Source: Octopus bimaculoides
Lineage: Eukaryota
Assembly: GCF_001194135.2 (NCBI RefSeq)
Contig: NC_068987.1
Span: forward strand, 81,346,829-81,410,828
Length of the DNA: 64,000 bases
Reading direction: 5' to 3'
Shown here in pieces: positions 52,198-64,000 of this stretch. The notes beneath the pieces were generated by a model, which saw only the letters and a program-made list of their open reading frames with translations, was not told the DNA's origin and did not search any database. Within the stretch, counting starts at the first letter, position 1, and every line of letters starts with the position of its first letter. The translations under genes and the position numbers were made by a program.

Positions 52198-55100
52198 GTA
52201 ATGTAGTTGATGAGGATGAGATAAAAATATTTTACATACACATTTCAAAACTTATTTTCCTTTATTTAATTGATGCATTCAGATACCAACAGCTGATTAT
52301 TACTTTCTTTCAACAGTATAAATTTAATGAATTTATATGATTTAATAAACATTGGATAGCCTTCTGGTATAACAAGAACATAAAGGCTGGATATGAATAA
52401 TTATATTACACTGAAAGGCAATGAAATAAATAAGTAGCCTTGCTGGATTTATCTACATCTCTACGTGTAGCATTTCAGAGAAGCCGGTCTCCTAGCAACA
52501 TCGCCTGCCTCAGAGCGTGAAGACTCAAGTACCACATATTTAAGAAAGTAAAAAAAGATACCAGTGAAGAGTGTAGCTGATGAAAAACATTGGCGATTGT
52601 TGACAGAAGAAACAAAAGATTGGTTTAATGGAAAACCAAATAAAGAGACTGGCTGTGTGAGAGGAAAGAAAATCGTGGTATACTAGAAATATAGATTGGG
52701 AGTCATCAGAAGATTAACAGAACAAAATGTTGTGTATTGATGATGGCAATGAAAGTGATTATTTGAAAGGTCAAATATAAATATATAAGTTCAAATAAAG
52801 TAAACAATATTTATCTTATTTGTTTTGATTCAAATACTGCCAGGAGGTGTTTAATAGAAGTGCTAGTAGAAGATCATTAGAAAAAATAGTTTTCACCAGA
52901 CAACCACATAAATATTATGAAAGAAAATGTGTATGCAAAAGAATTAATTGAATGTTATCAGTCACACCAATAAAGTAATAAGTGCAAATAAGCTTTAAAA
53001 AACAATTATCTGTCTTACATTATCTCAAGAGAATGTTAAAACAAGCAACTATTATTATCATGATATCAGAGATGCAAGAATTGTTCAGACGAACCTTGTT
53101 AAGTGAATTGTGTCTATGAAGGAATGCAGCTTATATTCAATTACAGCTGCCTCAATAGATGTTGCAAATTTAAACATAGGTGGAATTTTACATGTGGACC
53201 AGAACTTCCATCACCCTGAAACTTTTATTCTAAGATGGAAAGAATTTTGGTTCCAATTTTAAAAAATGAGAAATTTTTTTAAAATATATATAAATACATA
53301 TTTAAAAAGATTTTCTTATATTCTACAATGTTTATAGCTTGTTTCAGTTCTAATTTATAAAATTAAAAGAAAAGGAAAATCATTCAAATTAGAGATATAA
53401 TATTCATTGAATAAAGATAATTTTATATCAATAAATTATAGATTTTGTTATATAAATAAGTCTGAGATATAGAAAAGTAAAGGTCATCTTATGTAAAATA
53501 ACTGAGGGACAATTTAATTTCACTTACTCCATGTACATATCTTAATTACAGAAATTGCTAAAATTAAGGCATATTTAATCATTGACTCTAACATATAGTG
53601 ACCAGTATCTACGTTCTGTAAATGCATGTGGTTAATGCATAATTTTTTTGCCTGAAAATCTTTGAAAATGACGCATCAGAGTTTTAAACTTATTCTCCTC
53701 AATACAAATAATTTCTTTTCAACAATAAATGCAAATACATGAAATGTAAAGAAAAAAAATCTGTTACTGTCAGTTTATCCTAATATCTCAATCAAAGTTT
53801 ATTATCTCTTTTTTACACTTCTCTTTTAAGTTCACTTCACAAGTCAAGGTTACAAAATCTAAGTAAGAACAATAAAACATTTCCTTTTCTATTATGCATA
53901 CCAAAGTAAATTTTACAGCCATTAGAGACATACCAGTTTTTCACTTCTTTAATCTTTATTGCCTTCTGCTTGGATGCCTTCAATCTAATGGAAGAATATC
54001 TAGTCTTTGCTATGGAATATATGCACCTGAATTGCAAGTTGTGTAAAAGAGTTGAAACTTTAGGAGATAAAAACTATAGCAGTAAAGAAGATAATAACTA
54101 CATTTAAAAAAATTCAAAGTAAGCATTATCATAGCAGTTTATTAAATAGGATAGCCAAAATTGCAAATTTTTCAACTCTGGGCATTAGAAGAAAAAGGAA
54201 AACAAACTTCAAACTGCATGTTTATATGCTTTCTCTTGAAATTGAGAAGTGTTATTGTCATACTAAAAATTCATGTCATTGATAATGAAAGGTTTAGCAC
54301 AAAGCTTCAATTATTTAATTGAAGTAATTAAAAGCAGCCTAATTTGTTAATGTTCTGAACTATTAGTTTGTTTCATTCAGTCCAGTAAAGCTTTGCAAAT
54401 GAGGTCAGAATAGACCAAAACATGCCTAGAGTTGTCTGATAGTTGCTGAAAAAGAAAAAATACTCAATGATTAAGGTCTTACTTTTCCCATTGCATATTT
54501 ATTTCTAGTTAGCTTTTTAATGCTTCATGCATTAACTATGCTTGCACTAACTCACCCATTGACTGGAGTTGATAATATGGAATCTTACTCTTGCTTTTCT
54601 ATTGAGTCTGCTTTTAGAACACATTACTTTATCGACCTCTTTAAATCTTTAAATCTAAATGGAAAAAGATATTGTTTCACTTATATAGTTGGGTGGTTAG
54701 TCTTTGAAGCTCCATTCACTTTGTGAATGTTTGCCACAACAAATAACTTCAGAGCCATCCACTCTATAAAAATAAAGGGTATGAAATTATTTTACCAGTT
54801 CCATATACACTTAATTTCTAATTATAAAAGTATCAATATAATGGTTTTATTGTAGAAGTAGTTTTACTATTATGTTAAGGCTTTATTTTTGTTATTTACC
54901 CCAAAGAGCTAGAACATTGCATTTTGCTCTTGCAGAATCAGACAAGAAAATCATGTATTTATTATTCAGTTTGAACTTTTCCAGGATAGGGAGGTAAATT
55001 CAGAAGGTTGCAGTACTCAGTCTATACAGGCTTTCTAAAATGGTTCATATTGATAGGAATAATGTTTGGCTTGAACTTCTGTTGAATAACATATACTGTC

Positions 55101-56219
55101 TAAAGGTAGGATGGGAAATAACACCATGGAGTTGCAACTCTCATAAGAAATGATAGGGAAAAATTTTGGAGAGAGAGAGAGAGTATGCAATGTTGTAATA
55201 GAGATAGAAAAGACAGAGAAAGAGTAATATATTTGTGGGTCAGCAGATGTATTGAATTAATTCATGACTTGTTGCTTATTAGATAAGTGGCATTCTTTCA
55301 GATATAGTTTAGGATGCTTGTGTGTGTAATACAAGTGTTACAATATAGGTTGTGACTGAGATTTGAAGTTGGTGAGAATCAGAGCAGAAGAATTTTCTGG
55401 TCCCAAGAAAATGTCTTCTTTTTGTGTTGAAATATTGCATATGTGGGCAGAGATTATCTGAGATTGTAAGGCTTAGGAGTTATAACAACTATGAGAACTT
55501 TGTGTCTCATTCATGTGCTGAGAAGAGATTATGAAATATTTCTTTCATATGTGTGATATTTGTGCCATGACATTGTTGAAGCAAACTAGGTTGTTATTTA
55601 TTTATTAAAAGATATTTTCAAGGTGTTTGTTCATGGAAATAATGCAGATATGTAGATATAACATGTCTGGATTATATGTGGATGGTGCTTGTGTGTAGAA
55701 GGTTACAAATAAGTGCATTACCTCATAATCTTCATAAGATTGTGTGTGGTTAGAGAGAATAGAAATGAATCATTAGTGTACAGGAGGAATAGTTAGAGAC
55801 AAGACCGAAATAGGGGTATGACTGGGTTGATAGAATGGAATTAAAAAAAGACCCTTCTCAGTGCAAGCTGCTCTGGATTATTCTGACAGCAAATGCTTGA
55901 TCTGAAGATGGAAAATGGACAGAGCTCATATGTGAGCAGCTTAACTATAAGGTTAGCATGTTAATCAAGGGAAAGGCTTTTTTGTTGTCAAGTGCAGTAA
56001 CATTGCTTTTGTCAAGAAAGATTACTTTTAAGCATTGGCATGCAAAAGGGGAGACCAAGTTTCCAACAGACCTGGCTCTGTTGCAGTTGTTCTAGTAATT
56101 ACGAAAGGGGACAGAGAGAAAGAATGGGAGGGAGGGAGAGAGAGAGAGAGAGAGAGAGAGACTGAGTCTGATGAAAGAGCTAGTTGTTTATGGTTTTCTA
56201 TTAATTTATCATAAGTAAC

Positions 56220-56900
56220 AATGATAGAATAATGTTCGGCTGGTCAAAGAGGTTGCTTTTCAGAGGAATGAGACAATGTCACATGCATCCATAGGTCCAA
56301 ATAGATTCCTATAGAGGTGATTGAAGAATTTCATGTGAATGAAAATTAACTGTACCGAATGCTTAATGGATAGGATGCTGTCGGTTATGGTTGCCTTGTT
56401 AGGTTAAAGAGAATTTCAGGTAGTCTTCCCACATGTGAATGAGTGTACTTTGAGTGAAAGCTGATGTGTATATACACAGTTTGAAAGCAGTTTTATTGTA
56501 TGTGGGCTGTGTAGACTTAGAAGCAAAATGGGAAACTAATGTGGTAGGTTTATCAGCAGGAACGCTGCATTTTATTTGAGGAGTGGTGAGTAGGATGATT
56601 TTATGATGCTAATACAGATTCTTCAGCTTGGGGTTGGAGGTGAGAGTTTGCAAGGCTGTGAAATACTTGAAAATTTATTTTGCTTTTCTAATAGTCATCA
56701 TGCCTGTGTTGTAGTAGTCGGCAAACATTTCCTATTAGGTTTAAAGACTAGAATAATCAATGGATTCCTCTTTTTGTAGGGTGTATAGATGAAAGTGGGG
56801 AAACAATAGACACTAACTGAACTGAGGAAAGACATTTATGATCTAATTTATGAATAGGAAGCAAATGGGGATAAAGAAAAAGTTAGAAAGTGATAAAATG
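56220..56900 (-). mobile_element. Decayed CR1/L2-like LINE 3' relic
   Basis: Broken frames VYTAHI...Y.HSHMWE and LYRNLFG recall LYKAQIRP.LEY.SH.W and LFYRY..G. Confidence 0.35.
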
Positions 56901-57005
56901 AAACACTCACACATTGCGGATTACTTAATTATAGAAATTATGAAATGCTGAAATATGCCATAATGTCTGGAAAGATATTTTATAAGCCTGTGTAAAATTA
57001 AAACA

Positions 57006-57449
57006 GAAGTATGGCTGTGTGGTGAAGAAGCTACTTTGCAACCATATGGATTTGGGTTCAGTTCCACTGCATGGCACCTTGGGCAGGTGTCTTCTATTAT
57101 AGCCCTGAGCAGACCAATGTCTTGTGAGTGAATTTGATAGATGGAAACTCTGTGGAAGCTTGTCATATATAAATATATCCATATATGTGAGTGTGTATCA
57201 GTGTTTGTCCTTGCCGCCTCTTGACAACTGTTGTTGGTTTGTTTATATTTCATAACTTAGTAGTTTGGCAAAGGCAAAAAATAGGCACAAGTTTGGCTGC
57301 ATGGTAAGTAGTTTGCTTCCCAACTACATGGTTTTGGCAGGTTTAGACCTACTGCATGGCACTTTGAGGAAGTGTCTTCCTCTATAGCCTCAAATTGACC
57401 AAAGCCTTGTGAGTGAATTTGACTGACAGAAACTGAAATAAGCACATTG

Positions 57450-57480
<31 letters not shown>

Positions 57481-57665
57481 CATTGTGTTTGTTCCTGATC
57501 AATGCTTGACAATTGGTGTTGGTGTGTTTACATCCCAGTAACTTAGCTGTTCAGCAAAAGAGACTGATAGAATAAGTAATAGACTTGAAAATATGCACTG
57601 GGAGCAATCTGTTCCACTAAAACCCTTCTATATGACTGAAGCTGAATGAGAGAAACAAGTAAAAG
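57006..57665 (+). mobile_element. Two tandem SINE family A copies (~57006-57270 and ~57284-57665)
   Basis: Two successive heads (ggctgtgtggtgaag...ggttcagttcc; ggctgcatggtaag...), each followed by cttgtgagtgaatttg...gaaact and cttgacaa...ataacttag. Confidence 0.85.
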
Positions 57666-57964
57666 ATAAAAGAGGAATCAGTGACTCAGCTATTAAACCA
57701 AGGGCTCTAAATTGGTGCCCCTGGTGTAGGCAGCACTTTTCACTTTTACTGTTGCAACACAACTGTAAGTGAACTAGTTGGGCATTTAAGTCTGTGGACA
57801 ATCTCTGTGTAAGTAATGAAGAGAGAAATACCTTGGAATATTGTTCTGATCTCTTGCATAGCTGTGTTGTATGGATGAAGATTAAAGCATATCATCTGCT
57901 GCTGGTTATTCTGTATAGAATTGTTGAAGGTGTGACAAATTAGCTGACCTGAAATACTGTGGAG

Positions 57965-58213
57965 CAGTGTTTCTCAACCATTTTTCACCTATGGACACCT
58001 GTGATTCTTATTTTACTCAGATGTACCCTCCTAGTCATTCGATATTAAAACAAACATCATATAATATTTCTATAATTAAGTATTATTAAAAAGAAAATTG
58101 CTTAAATATTTTGTGTATCATAGAAGTATAACTAATTTATTGCTGATAAATTTTAACAACAAAATCTGATATGGATCATCAAGGGCTATGTGAACCCTGG
58201 TTGAGAACCACTG
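57965..58213. mobile_element. hAT (Charlie-like) MITE
   Basis: TIRs cagtgtttctcaacc / ggttgagaaccactg; 8-bp flanks ctgtggag / atgtagag (6 of 8 identical, close to NTCTAGAN). Confidence 0.85.
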
Positions 58214-58249
58214 ATGTAGAGTTTCAATGTTAGGAGCTGTGTGGTAGAA

Positions 58250-59300
58250 AAACATGAAGTGTGTTAGCATGGTTAACAGTTATCAGATGATCCTTTGAGG
58301 CTACAGTTAGTGATGGTTAGACTTGGTAAGGGGGAATTTGGAGGCAAGAAAGATTTGTAGAACATTCAGACAGTTTATGTGTAGTCAAAATATGGGTATA
58401 TATGTCACTGAGGATGATGACTGAAAAGAGTGAGGCAAAGTGAGATAGTTGATTCCAATGCTGAATGAGATCTTGTCAAACAAATTGTTACAGGCTGGAG
58501 AATTTTGGAGAGCAGTGAAGGCAGCAGATAAAACTAGAAAGAATGCTTTTAGCCTAAGGAATTGAACGATTTTGAAATGATATTCACAATGTGAGGTGAG
58601 TTCTTGCAAGAGTAGATTCTGTATAGGCACAAATGTTATTTCAGAAAAAAGCTAGAATCTAGAATAACTAGTGTAGTAGAGATATGTTAGAGACAGAAAA
58701 TATGAGATTCGTGCTAAGGTGTTGAGAGGAATAAGATTTAAGACTTGCCTGACTGAGAGTAGTATCAAAGTTAGATTGAAGTTCATGAAAATTAGATGTT
58801 CAGCATAAAGGAAAAAGACTGGGGAGAGGGTTAGTATGATGGGTTTTGGAAGAGATAGTGATTTGAAGAGGAGGAAGAAAAGCAAATGATTTGGTGGTAT
58901 ACAGTTAGGAAATTTTGACATGTATAAATGATTGTAATAGTTGAAGAGACTGGGTGGATATAGCACATTGGTTAACTCATGACTGTACCATGTAGCATAA
59001 CATTTAGCTTGGTATCTATATATGTATATAATATAGTCTTTCCAAAATATAAGATGTATTCTAAAGTTTATGTGTGAAGTCAGCAAGTATTCAGAGAATA
59101 AATATTTTCTTCAAAGTTTAAGCCTTACTATATTGTTATGTGATCACCATCAAAGCTCATCAGAATTCATGAAGCCTAGCATTTGCAGAGAATATAATGA
59201 GTTTTGTGGTGTTGCTCAACAAAAGTATTGTTGTAGGTTTCCTTGATGTGTAGTTGGGATGTCTTAGTACTGTTGAAAGAGACAATGTTGAAATGTCCTT
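58250..59300 (-). mobile_element. Decayed CR1/L2-like RT relic
   Basis: ORF 58652-59086 segments ATWYSHELTNVLYPPSL and PIILTLSPVFFLY weakly echo FD.VWH..LL.KL and PQGS.LSP.LFL.Y. Confidence 0.35.
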
Positions 59301-61310
59301 TGTTGCTCACAAAATTCCTGCAATTAATATCAATCAGCTACACTTGAATATTAGATAGGAGATGAAATTTGGGTATATATGTAAGTATATTGTTTAAATG
59401 TACAGAAAGAGTGTTTTTAAAGGTGCTGGAGAAACTGTAAGGGAAAATATTCAATATGAAACTCTTTCTCAGTGTTTGAAACAAATTATTGATATTAAAC
59501 ATAAGATTGTGAATAGTACTTTTTCTAAAGAATCATCCTATTTATGTTTCCATGGAAACATGATTATAGAAAATGTAGAAAATGTACAGGCTTTTGCATT
59601 GCAAAATAATATTATTGATCTCTTGGGTCACTGAGAAATGGGATGGTGCGTAGATTTCCAAATATAAGCCTGCCAGGTAGATGATATAAATGAGTAGATA
59701 ATGCTAAAATTGAATTTCTACACTTATGACACATTAGGAAAATCAGTAATAAGAAATGTACATGTGCACATGTTCAAACAATATCTGAAATATTTCCAAT
59801 GTTTTGATAACTCATAATCATAGTCATTGTCTTTTGTTCTAGAAGAAATATTTCCTCTTTTGTCTATGTTCTCTCACAGTTTTTTGCAGTAATTATGAAT
59901 TGTGGCTTGTAAACAGATTTAGTAACCACATTTAGGATATAAATAACAATATTTCTGTTATAAACTTGGAACATATTTCTATAAAAATATCTGAACTGTA
60001 TATTATTTATAAGTCAATGAAATAACATAAGAAGTAAGCTTATAAAAATGCTTTTTATACCATAATTCTTTTTAATATGGAACTTTTAAGCTTGCAAAAT
60101 CAATATATTTATATTCTTTCTTCTGTCTAGTATATTTCCCCTTGAATCTCAAAAATGGTTATTCTGACAACATCTTAATAGCTATTTAAATTAATTGTCT
60201 TTAGCTTTTGTGAATGAACAATACATTCATTAAAATGCTGGTTTAGTTTTTCTTAAACAGTTTAATGTAACATTTCTGTTCTTTCTAAACTCTGTTCTGT
60301 TATCAACAGTTATGTGAACAGTAATCAGTAATACATGGTATAAGATGGACCAAGAGTAGTTACTAACAATAAGGTTTTCAATGTTTCCATATTTCATGAT
60401 AAAATGTTTTGCGTATGGCACTAAATGTTTGCAAAATTGTTTGTGAACTAAATGTTATCCCTCTCATAACAATCATATTTCTCTTCTGCTGCCAACTAGT
60501 TTCTTCATGTGAATCTCTTTAATATCATTGCTTCATAGATCAGATAGTTAATTGGATAGGCCTACTTATGCTGATGGTTTTTGTCAGAGCAGAAAACAGT
60601 AGTATAAGAAGTGATATTGCTACAATATTCAGATAGTAAAGGTAAAAAGTAGTATTATAATTTTGAAAGATAACAAAATAAAAAAGACATAAATCATTCA
60701 CTACTTGTTTAATGGAAAGTTAGGTGTGAAACTGTGATTGAATTAAATATGCTGCAAAACATATTTGTCTGCTTTTTTCATTGTGAAGGGACATACAATA
60801 AGATTACAAGTTCTAGCACTTTACAAACATCGTGATTATTGTTGCAGTTGGCAATGAAGAACAGTTTAGTATATCTTAAACTCAAGAATTAATTAAACTG
60901 TATGAATTGGTTTATTTTAGCAAAATCTTATTTCTATAAAAGGAAATCCTAATTTTAATTGAAAGGAAATAAACTTTTTTGAAATACCATTTAAGAAATG
61001 TTTGCTCCAGTGGTATACATATTTAAAAATCTATTAATAATATATTTATAACAAGGACAACGATGAATTTGATCCTAATAAAATCAATTTTCTATATTTA
61101 TATATTGAGACTAGATCTCCCTATTTTTGTCCATTCCTCATCAGACCTTAATTCATTTAAGTAAACTATTCAATCAAAATAGTTGGGACAGCACCAGTTC
61201 AGAACTAATAACCCAGTTAGTGATTTTATGCATGTCCCAACTCATGAAGCATTATGGGAAGTATTATGGTATATTGCAACTTTTCTTCTAATTTAATATG
61301 ATTAAGTGTG

Positions 61311-61502
61311 CTAGTGCTGGTGCTACATAAAAATCACTCAGTACATTCTGTTAAGTGGTTGGTGTTAGGAAGGGCATCCAACTGTAAAAACTAAGCCTAA
61401 ACAGACTATCGAACTTGGTGTGCTTTGCCAGCTCCTGTCAAACCATCCAACCCATGCTGGCATGGTAAAAGGACATTACATAATGATGATGATGATGATG
61501 AA
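61311..61502 (+). mobile_element. RTE-type LINE 3' tail
   Basis: gtggttggtgttaggaagggcatccaactgtaaaaac...ccaacccatgctggcatgg...(gat)n. Confidence 0.8.
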
Positions 61503-61974
61503 GTAATATAGAATCAGTCATTTGTGAAAGCTTCTTTTCTTGTTTCTTTCATTCTTTCTCCCTCCCTCCTTCTTTCCCTCCATCTTTCTTTAACAAATAA
61601 AATCAGTAGAATTTCCCCAGGTTATGTTAGCATATATTGTATCAACACTTTCATCGAGATACCTTAGAAAAAGAAGAATCCATATATTATTTTTATTCTT
61701 CAGATCCAAATTATGTTTTAGACCTAAATCAATGTTATATTTTCCAGGAATAGCGTTCTTGGAACTAACAGTTTAAACCCGTTTTGTCATTAAATCTCCA
61801 TTCTAATGTGAAGCCAGTACCTATTTAACTATTAATAAAAATTTCTAGCATCTTTAATGTCATGTTATTATAGTTGTTGATGCAATAAGCTGTGTAGGAT
61901 TGCAACAAGTTATCAAAATTGAGTTATAATTAAATCATGTTCCTCTTATTTTAAACTAATATTCTCTTTTACTC

Positions 61975-62250
61975 TTTTCCTTCAGTCCTTGCTTTGTGGC
62001 CACTAATCTGTAGGCTAGTCAAACAAGGCTGGTATTTTTATCCCTTTATCTTAGTGGTTTAGCCCAAGAGATCAACAGAGTTGATCTCTTGTGCTAAACC
62101 ACTAAGATAAAGGGATACAAACAAACCAACACCTGTTAAGCAGTGGGTTGGTCAAACACTAAGACATGATGTGTTTCCACCTGGCTTCCACTCTACCAAA
62201 TTCACTCACTAGGCATTAATTGGCCCAGGGCTTTAATAGAGGACACTACG
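61975..62250 (-). mobile_element. Degenerate SINE family A containing an internal 38-bp inverted duplication
   Basis: Reverse complement matches the family A body (gtgagtgaatttggtagag...gaagcc; ttagtggtttagc.caagag); hairpin at 62039-62117. Confidence 0.7.
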
Positions 62251-62440
62251 TTTTGATCATCTTTTGATATCCTAGTTTCTTTGATTGTATGTATCACAGT
62301 TTTCCGAATTTCCTTGATGTAATAAATTGTTGTCTTAAAAATGTTCATGAATTCTAATCATACACATTAACTAAGAGAATTGGATTTTTCATTTAATGAC
62401 AAATTGAAAAAAAATACAAGTTCCGTAAACCTTTTTTCAG

Positions 62441-62508
62441 GAGATTTAACAGAATCATTCAAATTCACTAATGAATATTCAAAATTTAAAGACAAATTCA
62501 AACGTAAT
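62441..62508 (+). CDS. Weak candidate exon (GDLTESFKFTNEYSKFKDKFKRN)
   Basis: Acceptor ccttttttcag/G, donor AAT/gtaaga; open frame; no homology recognised. Confidence 0.2.
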
Positions 62509-62727
62509 GTAAGAGAAGCTTGCTAAAATTATTCTTTGAAACAACAAATGCAAAAATAATCTGAATCTCTGTTTTTAGGTAAACCGTAACATTATTTGCT
62601 GGTTTTGCATCATTATTCCTTGCAGAATTCTAATTCTTTATTCTCTTTTATCAAATATTGTTTTCTTGTCTCTTCTGCTCAGTGCTGGTTGTAAATCAAA
62701 TCACCCACACACATAATATATTTACTT

Positions 62728-62732
62728 GTGTG

Positions 62733-62785
<53 letters not shown>
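62728..62785. repeat. (TG)n(TA)n microsatellite
   Basis: Directly visible. Confidence 0.95.
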
Positions 62786-62787
<2 letters not shown>

Positions 62788-64000
62788 TCCTGACAATTGG
62801 TGTAATTAGAATTCTCATATCAACATTGGAGTTGCTGTCACTGAGATCTGAAATTACATTTTATTGTTATGGTGCATTACTAGTTATTAATATGATATTA
62901 TTGGATCTTTCTTTTTTTTAATGAATATTATGCCATATTAAGTGAGAAACATACTGCAGGGAATCAAACACACAAAATACTCCACTGAATGCTAAAAACC
63001 ATTATTCTTAATGACAGTTGTAACAATCTGTATTTAGATTGATGATGTATATTAGTCATATGGAAATATTGCAAACCTTATTCAAGTGAATTAACTGCTT
63101 TCAAAATCATTGTAAGTGCTTTAAATGTAAAATAAATATAATCAGAAGCCTGACAATTATCTCTCAGAATAAGCTATGTGCCAACAATCTTTTTCACTTG
63201 TTTTAAGTTTCTTATCTAGGTTTTGAAAATATTTCAATGTGTAACTATAGCAATATCTATCTTTTCTCAGTATAAGGTTACACAAATAATCAGCTAACAT
63301 GGTAAATTTAATTCCCAGTCAATCAAGTCTGCAAATTGGTTTTGATTCCCTGTTATAGTTATTTCATAGTATTCATGGTGCTACGATGAACTGACATTTA
63401 ATTACTGCTATTTGAAATTCTTAAATGTCATGACTTCCAATTCTATCTTCTACTGCAGTCAGTCATACTGACAATCCATTTATGGATACATTTGATTATA
63501 AAAATTCAAGTAACTGATTCTATTTATTGAATTAGTGCAGAGTATAAATACATATTTATCTTCATACAAATGACAGCAATTCATGGCAGAAGAGATCAAA
63601 ATACTTCACTGCCTACTGGAATGAAAGAGACAACTTGCTGAGCAATTAGATATTAATCTGCATTATTTCTTTGAATTTCAATATGGATGTTATTGCACAT
63701 CTAAAATGGTGTCACATTTAAATTTTGCTTGGATCTAATGAAAGATAAACTGACTCATTCAATTAATATAGCAAGATAGTTAAATTTAACTTTCACTTTA
63801 TTAAAACACAAATAGAAATGACCAATATTATCATTATATCATTTAGTCATATCTATTAGTAATGTAACTTTTTAAAATAAATTTAAACATCCTTTTTATG
63901 ATAAGATATTCTTTGTTTAATTGCATGTATTATTCAATATTTGAATTTTCAATTTCATATCTCATCTTAAGATTCATATCCCTTCCATGAAAAGCTTTCA

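Noticed and set aside
53935-54027. Minus-strand exon candidate CIYSIAKTRYSSIRLKASKQKAIKIKEVKNW
   Set aside because: It has a good donor but no homology and no compatible neighbouring exon.
63271-63301. UTR exon ending in ATG/gtaaat
   Set aside because: Splice-like motifs alone are insufficient evidence.
1-64000. CRISPR array, operons or a prokaryotic defence system
   Set aside because: There are no regularly spaced direct repeats with unique spacers and no long ORFs; the sequence is eukaryotic non-coding DNA.

Overview
Eukaryotic, very AT-rich (about 30% GC by eye), apparently intronic or intergenic DNA. The repeat landscape is the one I associate with coleoid cephalopods, most likely Octopus (inferred from recalled SINE/LINE families, not searched). 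I could not identify any intact protein-coding gene. Most listed ORFs are microsatellite or SINE artefacts, or fragments of decayed transposases and reverse transcriptases. Supported content: three tRNA-headed SINE families in many copies (some with clear TSDs), RTE-LINE coding relics and 3' tails ending in (GAT)n, CR1/L2-like relics, two Penelope-like (RT plus GIY-YIG) relics, a Tigger/pogo transposase relic, a DD34D mariner nested inside a Penelope-like relic, a DD37D (maT) relic, hAT-, piggyBac- and foldback-type MITEs, a 5S rRNA-derived pseudogene and many microsatellites. A few weak candidate exons of an unidentified large-intron host gene are listed at low confidence. The most interesting object is a 556-bp head-to-head palindrome (14373-14928) made of two copies of a tRNA-headed element. 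Its 3' end carries a Penelope-type minimal hammerhead ribozyme motif, intact in the right arm (14834-14879) and mutated in the left. This suggests a Pol III-driven, ribozyme-bearing non-autonomous retroelement that could be mobilised by Penelope-like RT. No CRISPR array or prokaryotic system is present.
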